From assembly GCA_910583885.1 (NCBI GenBank), contig CAJUAC010000005.1, forward strand, positions 16,508 through 80,507: a stretch of DNA of 64,000 bases, given 5' to 3'. The translations under genes were made by a program, and so were the position numbers. The notes beneath the pieces are model-generated. The model was not told the DNA's origin and made no database searches. It was given only the letters and a program-made list of their open reading frames with translations. The number at the start of each line of letters is the position of its first letter. Position 1 is the first letter of the stretch. The stretch is from an uncultured Oscillospiraceae bacterium (GTDB taxonomy: Bacteria; Bacillota; Clostridia; Oscillospirales; Oscillospiraceae). Positions 25,227 through 33,432 of this stretch are shown piece after piece.

Positions 25227-26363
25227 TTGGAGGGGAAAGATTTGACACAGCAGCGGGTAAGATTTTTGGACATCTATAGATTCCTGGCAATGATTTTTGT
25301 GATGTGGGGACATCTTGTCGGAACAGGGATGTACGCAACAGAAATACCTGGCATAATAGCAGGTGCAATGCCAACCCCAATCATCGACGCGGCCGGGAAT
25401 CAGCTGGGTATATTAGAAAATTTCTTATATTACAGGTTACATACGCAGACCGCTGTTATGGGCGTTATTATGTTTTTCATGTGTACAGGATATTTTGTTC
25501 CCGCCATGTTGGAACGTTACCGGCGGAGTGAATTTATTGTAAACCGGCTATGCCGGATATTCCCTACGCTGTTTGTTTCCGTTGGCTTATGGGGCGTGGC
25601 TGTCTTTCTTTCACAAAAAATTACTTTTCGGCCGTCACAATATCTCACGAGCATTACCCTGACCTATCAGGTTTTTGGTATTGCCCCATTTATGGGGATA
25701 CTGTGGACCTTAGTAATTGAAGTCCTGTTTTACCTGGTTGCGGCGGCAGCGGGCCAGGTCAACAAAAACACAATTGTTTCTATCTATATTCTTATTGCTA
25801 TCACGGGCCTTATTTATCGTGAATTCCCCAATAGCCACACCTACAATTTGTTTTATAACCTGGAATATGTTTCATTTATACTGCTTGGCGCGACGCTGCA
25901 CTGTGCATTTCATGATAGGAAGTCCACTATAGTCGGGCAGTTTGCGCCAGTAGGGTCAGCACTATTCGCAAATCTAGTACTTTTTCAAATGAACCGCGAT
26001 ATATTACAGGACAGTACAACATACCCAAACCTTTTCAGCCATCTGATCCCTCTGTTTCTCTTCCTTATCCTCGCTTTTTTAGAGAAATCCGCTCCCAATT
26101 TTTACGAAAAAATCCCTGCCGCAGTATATCAGCTGTCCCATCTTGTGTTTCCAGTCTACACAACGCATGTATGTGTTGGCTTGACGAGTATGTATTGGGC
26201 TTCTACATGGGGGTTCAATCGATATATCACCGTTCTGATTGGATTCCTGCTGTCATTCTTAGTTGGAAAAGCAATTGCAGCAGCAATCGAAGTGCCGTCA
26301 ATTGTTTGGAGTAAAAAGGCAATTTCTGCAATGCGGGATAAGCCGCGTCCAGCATCCGAATGA
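25227..26363 (+). CDS. Acyltransferase-3 family membrane O-acyltransferase
   Basis: FLDIYRFLAMIFVMWGHL and about 10 TM segments. The gene is visibly AT-richer than the neighbouring genes. An alternative TTG start is at 25242. Confidence 0.8.
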   Translation: MEGKDLTQQRVRFLDIYRFLAMIFVMWGHLVGTGMYATEIPGIIAGAMPTPIIDAAGNQLGILENFLYYRLHTQTAVMGVIMFFMCTGYFVPAMLERYRRSEFIVNRLCRIFPTLFVSVGLWGVAVFLSQKITFRPSQYLTSITLTYQVFGIAPFMGILWTLVIEVLFYLVAAAAGQVNKNTIVSIYILIAITGLIYREFPNSHTYNLFYNLEYVSFILLGATLHCAFHDRKSTIVGQFAPVGSALFANLVLFQMNRDILQDSTTYPNLFSHLIPLFLFLILAFLEKSAPNFYEKIPAAVYQLSHLVFPVYTTHVCVGLTSMYWASTWGFNRYITVLIGFLLSFLVGKAIAAAIEVPSIVWSKKAISAMRDKPRPASE

Positions 26364-26523
26364 GTATTGACATCTCTTCTCCCGTTGGTTTGCTTCCACG
26401 CTTGCACCAGTGGCCCGCCACAATCTCACAGCCACCTGTGCGGAGATATTTCCTGTTTTGATGCAAGAGGCTATCTTCCCACTCAGATCTAACCGCTTCC
26501 CACCACAGGGCAGGCTGCTATAT

Positions 26524-26569
26524 TGTATAAGGGCGCACATTCCTTTGCGGGAATATGCGCCCTTATACA
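26524..26569. terminator. Long hairpin between the convergent acyltransferase and M42 peptidase genes
   Basis: tgtataagggcgcacattcc / ggaatatgcgcccttataca forms a 20-bp stem with one mismatch. Confidence 0.65.
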
Positions 26570-26595
26570 ATTATGTACGGATATGGCTGTTTTTA

Positions 26596-27675
26596 TCAGA
26601 AGCTCTCAATGAGCGGCCGATCCATCCTTTGGAGGATCTCACAGGCCAGCTTCACCCCGTTTTCGAAATCCGCATAGGCGGAAATCCCGTAATGGGTGTG
26701 GGCATACCGCACCGGAACACCAATGACGATGACGGGTACACCGCTGCCTGTCAGATGGATAGATGCCCCGTTGGTAGACCCGGCGGAGCGGACCGCCTCC
26801 TGAACAGGGATCCCCAGCTCTGCGGCCAGATCCAGGGCGTAGCGCTGGTAGCGCGGATTGGTAATCATCCGGGCATCAATGTGGCGGAGCATGGGGCCCC
26901 GCTTGATGGCCGTCTGCACCATATAGGGCTCTACGCAGGTGTCGTCCGCCGGGCAGCCCTCAAAGACAATGGCGATGTCCGGGCGGATGACCTGGGCGGT
27001 CACAGCGGCCCCCCGGGTGCCCACCTCTTCCTGGGCGGCACAAGCGCCCACGATATCTACGTTCAGCGCCTGCCCCTTCAGCGTATCCAGGGTCTTTACA
27101 ATCGAAGCGCATCCCAGCCGGCAATCGAAGCTCTTGCCCACCATGAGGTCATTCTTCTCAGAGTAGGTAAAGGTCACATCGGGCACCACGGGCTCACCGA
27201 TACGCACGCCGTAGGTCTCCACAGCTTCCTCCCGGGATGTCGCCCCCACATCTACAGTGATGCTGCTGATCTCCAAGGGGGCGCTGCGCTCCTGCTGGGT
27301 CATGAAGTGGGGCGGTTTGCTGGCAGTGAGGCCAGGGATGTAGGCCCCTTCCCGGTTGCGCACCCACATCTTGTGGGCAGGGATGTTGTGGCTGATCCAG
27401 CCTCCCAAGGGGATGATACGCAGAGTCCCGTTGGGGCAAACAGCCTGGACCATGAAGCCGACCTCATCGCTGTGGGCATCCAGCTGCACCACCGGACGCC
27501 CACCGGTGTTCTCCTTGCGGCGGATGTATAGATTCCGCATCCTGTCCACCTGGGCTTCCCCCAATTCCTTGGCATAGGGCAGGATAGCGGCTACTACCTC
27601 GTCCTCGAAGCCTGGGGCCCCGTTGGCGTTGGAGATGGCGGCGATCATCTCAAGCGTTTGTTTCTTATCCATCAT
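26596..27675 (-). CDS. M42 family metallo-aminopeptidase (FrvX/PepA-like)
   Basis: ISNANGAPGFEDEV, LDAHSDEVGFMV and FEGCPADD are the M42 pattern. 359 aa. Confidence 0.85.
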   Translation of the reverse strand: MMDKKQTLEMIAAISNANGAPGFEDEVVAAILPYAKELGEAQVDRMRNLYIRRKENTGGRPVVQLDAHSDEVGFMVQAVCPNGTLRIIPLGGWISHNIPAHKMWVRNREGAYIPGLTASKPPHFMTQQERSAPLEISSITVDVGATSREEAVETYGVRIGEPVVPDVTFTYSEKNDLMVGKSFDCRLGCASIVKTLDTLKGQALNVDIVGACAAQEEVGTRGAAVTAQVIRPDIAIVFEGCPADDTCVEPYMVQTAIKRGPMLRHIDARMITNPRYQRYALDLAAELGIPVQEAVRSAGSTNGASIHLTGSGVPVIVIGVPVRYAHTHYGISAYADFENGVKLACEILQRMDRPLIESF

Positions 27676-27693
27676 CTTGTCATTTCCTCCTTA

Positions 27694-28455
27694 TCAGTTT
27701 AGCTTGACCTTCTTGAATTCCTCCATAAAGTCCACGATGTAGTCCGCTGTGGCCTGGAGCATCTCCCGGCCCCACTCCTCGGTGGCCGTATTCGGATGGT
27801 CAGGACCGATCCATCCGCTGTCCGTGACATGGGGGGTACTGCGCATGATCTCCACAGACACGCCCTTGTACTGTACAGAGCGGAAGCCGGTAGTCTTCAG
27901 ATTGTCGGTCAGGTCGAAGAACTTCAGTTCCCCGCCGATCTCGCTCTTGTCCACCAGGGACGGGTCAATGCCCAGGATGGCCGCAGTCTCCTCGCCGCCG
28001 CCATGGCCGCCCTTCCAGGCCGGGTTCATGTCCCAAGCCATCAGCCACCAGTTGAGACCGGCCACCAGGCAGCCCTTCTTCTCATACTCCAGCCCCAACC
28101 GTTCAATCATCTTCATATTGCCGCCGTGGCCGTTAAGGAACACAAACTTCCGGGCCCCATGGCGGTACAGGCTCTCAAAAACCTGCTTGCAGAACAGGTA
28201 GAGCACCTCGTTGTCAATATCAATTGTGCCGGGATAGGGGGCCAGGCTCTGGCAGGCGCCAAAGGGGATGGTGGGAACAATGAGCACGTCGCTCTTTTTC
28301 TCGATTTTCTCCAGCAGATGCTCGGGGATGAGGGTATCTGTGCCAAGGGGCATGTGGCGGCCATGGCACTCGATGCTTCCGATACTCAGCAGCACAATGT
28401 CACTTTTTTCAAAGTACGCCTGAACCTGGGGCCATGTCATGTGGGAAAGCCTCAT
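27694..28455 (-). CDS. Creatininase (creatinine amidohydrolase) family protein
   Basis: GSIECHGRHMPLGTD...LNGHGGN...GGHGGGEET is the conserved metal-ligand pattern. GGAGGAG RBS. Confidence 0.85.
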   Translation of the reverse strand: MRLSHMTWPQVQAYFEKSDIVLLSIGSIECHGRHMPLGTDTLIPEHLLEKIEKKSDVLIVPTIPFGACQSLAPYPGTIDIDNEVLYLFCKQVFESLYRHGARKFVFLNGHGGNMKMIERLGLEYEKKGCLVAGLNWWLMAWDMNPAWKGGHGGGEETAAILGIDPSLVDKSEIGGELKFFDLTDNLKTTGFRSVQYKGVSVEIMRSTPHVTDSGWIGPDHPNTATEEWGREMLQATADYIVDFMEEFKKVKLN

Positions 28456-28523
28456 AATGTGTAATCTCCTCCATATGCTCGGGTTGCCAGTGATGCGCCA
28501 GTAGCCCGAACAGTGAAACCGGG

Positions 28524-28858
28524 TTACTGGGCAACCCTGACATTTTCCAAGTGATGGTACTCGTTCACGTCCATAACAACTCCCCCAACGTTTTTGCTGG
28601 CGCCTACATGAACAGATATGTAGAGAACAGGCATGGTATTGTTGTACGCGGCCAGCTTCTGATACAGCTCCTTACGGGTATCCACTGGAGCGTGCATCTT
28701 TAATGGGCGGGGCCATAGGGGGCTTTGGTTTTGATGGTGACTGTACCATCCCCATTATCACTCACACTCTCAATAAAGTCAACAATATTCAGATACTGTT
28801 GCGGAGTGGATGGCCAGGCCTTCGCCTTTGAACCCTGTTCCTGCACCTTGATACGCTG
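28524..28858 (-). pseudogene. Internally deleted family-5 (peptide/nickel) ABC substrate-binding protein remnant
   Basis: One frame gives ...YLNIVDFIESVSDNGDGTVTIKTKAPYGPAH* (an N-terminal-type SBP_bac_5 segment). It is followed directly by ...VDTRKELYQKLAAYNNTMPVLYISVHVGASKNVGGVVMDVNEYHHLENVRVAQ* (a C-terminal end). There is no start codon or signal peptide. Confidence 0.6.
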
Positions 28859-28860
28859 AA

Positions 28861-28891
28861 CCGGAGGGGAATGCATTCCCCGCCGGTTTTT
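28861..28891. terminator. Hairpin downstream of iorB (A-run and T-run flanked; orientation ambiguous)
   Basis: ccggaggggaatgcattccccgccgg is followed by ttttt on the + strand. It lies 6 nt past the iorB stop on the - strand. Confidence 0.5.
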
Positions 28892-28896
28892 CCAGC

Positions 28897-29475
28897 CTAG
28901 CAGCCCCGCCCCAGGGCGAAGGCCTTCTGATTCATCTCCAAAAATTTCGGTGGCACACTCTGCTCAATGGCCGTCGTCCACTCCTCCTCTGTGAAATCGA
29001 ACCACTTTGAGAGCCGGCCCAGAAGCACAATATTTACCGCTTTACTGCTCCCGGCTTCCTCCGCCAAGGCGAGGGCGTCCATGGCATCCAGGTCGATCCC
29101 CGCGTCACGCAGCTTCCCCTCCAGCCCCTGGGGGTACTGGGCCGCACCGGTGATGACCGGCATGGGGTTCACCTGCTGGGTGTTGGTAATGATCCGTCCA
29201 CCAGGCTTCAAGTACTCCGTCCAGCGGGCTGCCTCCAGCAGCTCAAAGGAGAGGATAACATCTGCCTGCCCCCGGTCGATAATGGGGGAGTAGACCTTTT
29301 CCCCCCACCGGACATAGGTCACTACGCTGCCGCCACGCTGGCTCATGCCATGCACCTCGCTGACCTTGACATCGTAGCCCTTGCCCAAAAGCAGCCTGCC
29401 CAGAAGTTTGCTGGCCAGCAGGGTCCCCTGGCCGCCTACGCCGACAATCATAATGTTCTTTGTTTCCATATTCAT
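28897..29475 (-). CDS. iorB: Indolepyruvate:ferredoxin oxidoreductase subunit beta
   Basis: NIMIVGVGGQGTLLASK, VHGMSQRGGSV. About 192 aa. An alternative ATG is at 29469; the longer ORF-track start was rejected. Confidence 0.85.
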   Translation of the reverse strand: MNMETKNIMIVGVGGQGTLLASKLLGRLLLGKGYDVKVSEVHGMSQRGGSVVTYVRWGEKVYSPIIDRGQADVILSFELLEAARWTEYLKPGGRIITNTQQVNPMPVITGAAQYPQGLEGKLRDAGIDLDAMDALALAEEAGSSKAVNIVLLGRLSKWFDFTEEEWTTAIEQSVPPKFLEMNQKAFALGRGC

Positions 29476-29560
29476 ATTCTCCAACAAAAGCCCTTCTCCT
29501 GCAGCCGGGTGGAACTTCCGGAAAAGCAGGGGAAACAGAGCGCATTCCATTCTTTGTGTT

Positions 29561-31300
29561 TTAAGACAAGGCACCGCCGAGGGCATCAAATTTGCACAGC
29601 TGGCTGCACACGCCGCAGCCGGTGCAAAGGGTGCTGTCAATCACCGCTTTGCCCTCCACGATACTGATAGCGGGACAGCCGATACGCATACAGGATTTGC
29701 ACCCCACGCACTTGTCCCGGTCCGCCGCAATGGGGCCAGGATGCCTGACGTACTTGAGCAGGGCGCAGGGGCGGCGGGAGATGATGACCGACGGCTCCTT
29801 CGCCGCCAGCTCCTCCTTTACCGCCGTATCGCAAGCCGCCAGATCATAGGGATCCACCACCCGTACCCGGTTGATCCCCACGGCCCGGCACAGGCTCTCC
29901 AGATCAATTTTCGTGCAGGGATCACCCTTGAGGTTGAATCCGGTGGTTGGATTCTGCTGATGGCCGGTCATGCCGGTGATCGAATTGTCCAGGATGATGA
30001 CTGTCGAGTTGGACTCGTTGTAGGCCGCGTTGATCAGGCCCGTGACGCCGGAGTGCATGAAGGTGGAGTCGCCGATAACGGCCACGGTCATCCCCTCGCT
30101 CTCCCCTCCAGTGGCCTTGTTGAAGCCGTGGAGGCTGGAAACCGACGCGCCCATACAGATGGTGGAGTCCATCGCCCCCAGAGGGGCGACCGCGCCCAGG
30201 GTGTAGCAGCCAATATCCCCCAACACGGTAAGGTTGTTCTTTTTGAGGGTATAGAATAATCCCCGGTGGGGGCATCCAGCGCACATGACCGGAGGCCGGG
30301 CAGGGATGTCCTCTGCCAGCTTCTTCCCCGTGCAGTGGTACTGGCCAAGCTGCGCGGCCACCATGTTCTGGCTGAGCTCGCCCACACAGGGGAACAGGCT
30401 CTTACCCTCTACCGGCACACCGATATACCGGCAATGGGACTCAATGAACCCATCCAGCTCCTCCACAACCACCACCCGGTCCACGCCTGCGGCAAAGGTC
30501 TTGATCTTCTCCACCGGCAGGGGCCAGGCCATGCCCAGCTTCAGCACCGGATATGTATTGCCGCAGGCCTCCTTGACATACTGGTAACTGGTAGAGGAGG
30601 TGATGATCCCCAGGCTGTAGTCCTTGCCCGCCTCGATCCGGTTGACGGAGGCGTGTTCTGCCCAATCGGCAAGCTTCGCGGTACGCTCCTCCACCACGGG
30701 GTGGCGACGCTTGGCGTTGCCGGGCATCATGATGTACTTGGCCCCATCCTTCTCATAGGGTTTTTGTGGGACCTCCTCCCGCTCCCCGGCCTCTACTACG
30801 CTCTGGGAGTGGGCGACGCGGGTACACATCTTCATGATGACCGGGGTATCAAAGGCTTCCGAGAGCTCGTAAGCCAGCTTGGCGAAGTCCAACGCCTCGG
30901 CGGAGTCGCTGGGCTCCAGCATGGGGATCTTGGCGGCCATGGCATAGTGGCGGGAGTCCTGCTCGTTTTGGGAGGAGTGCATCCCTGCATCGTCCGCCAC
31001 AGCGATCACCATGCCGCCCCGCACGCCGGTATAGGAGAGGGTAAACAGGGGGTCAGCAGCTACGTTCAGGCCAACATGCTTCATGCCGCAGAAGCTGCGG
31101 CGGCCAGCCAGGGACGCACCAAAGGCCGCCTCCATCGCCACCTTTTCGTTGGGCGCCCACTCGGCGTAAATCTCCGGATATTTGGCGGCAGCCTCGGTGA
31201 TCTCCGTACTGGGGGTGCCCGGATAACTGGAGACAAAGGTACAGCCCGCCTCATACAGGCCCCGGGCAACAGCCTCATTGCCCAGCATCAGTTGTTTCAT
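29561..31300 (-). CDS. iorA: Indolepyruvate:ferredoxin oxidoreductase subunit alpha (TPP and 2x[4Fe-4S])
   Basis: MLGNEAVARG..SYPGTPSTEI, GDIGCYTLG and C-terminal CVGCKSC...CPA...CTGCGVC. 579 aa. Confidence 0.9.
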   Translation of the reverse strand: MKQLMLGNEAVARGLYEAGCTFVSSYPGTPSTEITEAAAKYPEIYAEWAPNEKVAMEAAFGASLAGRRSFCGMKHVGLNVAADPLFTLSYTGVRGGMVIAVADDAGMHSSQNEQDSRHYAMAAKIPMLEPSDSAEALDFAKLAYELSEAFDTPVIMKMCTRVAHSQSVVEAGEREEVPQKPYEKDGAKYIMMPGNAKRRHPVVEERTAKLADWAEHASVNRIEAGKDYSLGIITSSTSYQYVKEACGNTYPVLKLGMAWPLPVEKIKTFAAGVDRVVVVEELDGFIESHCRYIGVPVEGKSLFPCVGELSQNMVAAQLGQYHCTGKKLAEDIPARPPVMCAGCPHRGLFYTLKKNNLTVLGDIGCYTLGAVAPLGAMDSTICMGASVSSLHGFNKATGGESEGMTVAVIGDSTFMHSGVTGLINAAYNESNSTVIILDNSITGMTGHQQNPTTGFNLKGDPCTKIDLESLCRAVGINRVRVVDPYDLAACDTAVKEELAAKEPSVIISRRPCALLKYVRHPGPIAADRDKCVGCKSCMRIGCPAISIVEGKAVIDSTLCTGCGVCSQLCKFDALGGALS

Positions 31301-31502
31301 TGCTTGGTTCCCTCCTAAGAGATGGATTAGCCCCGCTGGGATGCGGGGGATCTATTCGTTCTTCTCCCCAATGTGACAGCAGCCCGCCGCTCATGGCAGG
31401 GGATCATCGGGAGATAACTGCCGGCATGGATATGGACGAAGGGCAGAAATGCGTCTGCCAGCGCCCCATCCCATCTGCCGTTTTTCGTCTGCATCTCTTA
31501 TG

Positions 31503-31531
31503 ATATTACCCTGAATGACGCCCAATGTCAA
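31503..31531 (-). promoter_or_regulatory. Sigma-A-type promoter of iorAB (about 195-nt leader)
   Basis: Read on the - strand: TTGACA, a 17-nt spacer, then TAATAT. Confidence 0.5.
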
Positions 31532-31604
31532 GGCAGAAGAAATGCAGTACCCTTTGAGAAAAGTGTTATTGAGGGATCACTTTGGCAGTTTCTACAAAAC
31601 CAGG

Positions 31605-31633
31605 TTGAAGCGGTAATCATTTTGTGCTATAAT
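31605..31633 (+). promoter_or_regulatory. Sigma-A-type promoter of the RibD_C-like gene
   Basis: TTGAAG, a 17-nt spacer, then TGcTATAAT. Confidence 0.5.
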
Positions 31634-31666
31634 CAGTTCTACAAACCACAATTTAGGAGTGACAAA

Positions 31667-32347
31667 ATGAACAGGCCAATTACAACACTATTTATGCTGA
31701 TGTCAGTTGACGGAAAAATAAGCACTGGCGCAACGGACGAGTTAGATGTAGACAAGGATTTTCCCCAAATTGCGGGAGTGAGCGAAGGCTTGCACCAGTA
31801 TTACGAAATAGAGCAAACGACAGATTTATGGACGCTCAATTCTGGCCGAGTACAAGCTAAAATCGGTGTCAATACAAAGGATATGCCAAACAGAACGCCT
31901 GTATCTTTTGCGGTGATAGATAACACGCATTTGAACGAAAATGGCATACAGTATTTTTGTGCTTTATCGAAAAAGTTTGTGTTGATTACATCAAATGCAA
32001 AACACCCGGCATTTAACGTAGAGGACGGCAATGTTCATATCATATATCAAAAAGAATTATCGCTAAAAAATGCACTGATACAGCTCAAATCAGAATATGG
32101 TTGCGAGCGGATCACGATACAAACCGGTGGGACATTAAACGGCTTATTTCTTCGAGAAAAACTATTCGATTATGTTGATATTGTTGTTGCTCCAGTTTTG
32201 ATTGGCGGCAAAGACACATCTACTTTAATTGATGGCAAATCCTTGTTTTCACAAAGTGAACTGTCAAAATTGGGGGTTCTAAAGCTGCAAGAATGTGTGG
32301 TTTTAGAGAACTCCTATTTACGATTGCGTTATGAAGTAATTCACTGA
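31667..32347 (+). CDS. RibD C-terminal domain / dihydrofolate-reductase-like family protein
   Basis: MNRPITTLFMLMSVDGKIS.G and ...IQTGGTLNG.F.......D...IVVAPVLIGG are the PF01872-type pattern. AGGAG RBS. The gene is strongly AT-rich. Confidence 0.75.
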   Translation: MNRPITTLFMLMSVDGKISTGATDELDVDKDFPQIAGVSEGLHQYYEIEQTTDLWTLNSGRVQAKIGVNTKDMPNRTPVSFAVIDNTHLNENGIQYFCALSKKFVLITSNAKHPAFNVEDGNVHIIYQKELSLKNALIQLKSEYGCERITIQTGGTLNGLFLREKLFDYVDIVVAPVLIGGKDTSTLIDGKSLFSQSELSKLGVLKLQECVVLENSYLRLRYEVIH

Positions 32348-32351
32348 TAAA

Positions 32352-32386
32352 AATAGGCAGTTACCCGTATAGGGTAACTGCCTATT
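32352..32386. terminator. Bidirectional hairpin shared by the RibD_C-like gene and the Gx-transporter gene
   Basis: aataggcagttaccc / gggtaactgcctatt forms a 15-bp stem. The stop codon of the - strand gene lies inside the 3' arm. Confidence 0.65.
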
Positions 32387-32861
32387 TCACACGTGCCGTT
32401 ACCAGGCCGCCTGCCGCCCCGACAGCGGCCCCGGCCAGCGTGCCGGAAACCAGCAGTACCGGCAGATACCAGACCAGCTGTTCTGTGCCCAGCACAGCCA
32501 TAGCAACCGCAATCTGTCCCAGGTTGTGGCCCACACCCCCCGCAATGCTGACGCCCAGAATGGAGAATTTCCCCGTCCGTTTCAACCCCGCCATCACCGC
32601 CAGGCTCAGCACAGCCCCCGCCAGGGAGTAGGCAAAGCTGTAGGCGTTGCCGAAGGTCATGGACACCAGCAGTACCCGGACCAGGGAGAGGGCTGCCGCA
32701 TCCCGCAGGGACATGCGGTAGAGGGCGAACACCACCACGATATTGGTCAGCCCCAGCTTCATCCCCGGCGCTGCCATGGACAAGGGGACCATACTCTCCA
32801 GCCAGGAGAGTGCCATCGCCAATGCCGTCAACAGCGCATAGCGCGCCACCCGTTTACTCAT
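32382..32861 (-). CDS. Gx transporter family membrane protein (annotated in databases as heptaprenyl diphosphate synthase component I)
   Basis: MSKRVARYALLTALAMALSWLESMVP....PGMKLGLTNIVVVFALY, with about 5 TM segments. Confidence 0.7.
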   Translation of the reverse strand: MSKRVARYALLTALAMALSWLESMVPLSMAAPGMKLGLTNIVVVFALYRMSLRDAAALSLVRVLLVSMTFGNAYSFAYSLAGAVLSLAVMAGLKRTGKFSILGVSIAGGVGHNLGQIAVAMAVLGTEQLVWYLPVLLVSGTLAGAAVGAAGGLVTARVK

Positions 32862-32954
32862 AGCTGCCTCCATTTTCCCTTCTTTTCTTTGTGAACAAAG
32901 AAAAGAAGCAAAAGAAAAACTTCACCCCGCTTTTTCTGACAAGAAAAAGCGGGA

Positions 32955-33263
32955 TTACTTTACCGCCGCATCAAAGGGCGCGGCTTCACCGCCCTCCACA
33001 TGGATGACCAGCCGGTGGGGCAGGCAGACAATGGTTTCCCCCTCCCGGGAAATCCCTCCTGTCCGGATGCAAGTATGATCCCCGCAGTTGGCCTCAACCA
33101 CTGCAACCGTCCCGCCGGAGATATTCAGGACATTATAGGCATCCTCCCCAATGGTATGGGCCTGATCCACGGCCAAATCGTAACGGGCCGTTTCCACCCC
33201 ATCCACCGTTACCACCACCCAGGCTCCCGCCCCACCGGGATGGAAAAGCAGGTATAAGATCAA
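32955..33263 (-). CDS. NusG domain II-containing (DUF1312) protein
   Basis: VTVDG......DL.....I.......N...I.GG.V.V.EANCGDHTCI..G.IS..GE.IVCLPHRLVI. It is the typical partner of Gx transporters. The start codon is uncertain (TTG; the frame stays open upstream). Confidence 0.7.
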   Translation of the reverse strand: MILYLLFHPGGAGAWVVVTVDGVETARYDLAVDQAHTIGEDAYNVLNISGGTVAVVEANCGDHTCIRTGGISREGETIVCLPHRLVIHVEGGEAAPFDAAVK

Positions 33264-33432
33264 CGCTGCCAGCAGGGCTCCGCCTGCCAGCAGCAGATCG
33301 CTGCGCAGATGCTTACCGATTGCTCTCCGCCTCCTTTCCGCCGATCAAATCTTTCCATGCCCCTGCGGGCCGCATATTCCCCGTGTTTCGTGGGAAGGTA
33401 TGGGCAGATTCTGTCGTAAGGGGGGCTGGGCT

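Noticed and set aside
26410-27531. 373-aa plus-strand ORF overlapping the M42 peptidase gene
   Set aside because: The minus-strand frame carries the M42 motifs. The plus-strand frame is Gly/His/Arg/Pro-rich with no start context, and similar shadows occur throughout the window (for example 1234-2229, 5698-7362, 18223-19737, 37182-38963, 61859-63106).
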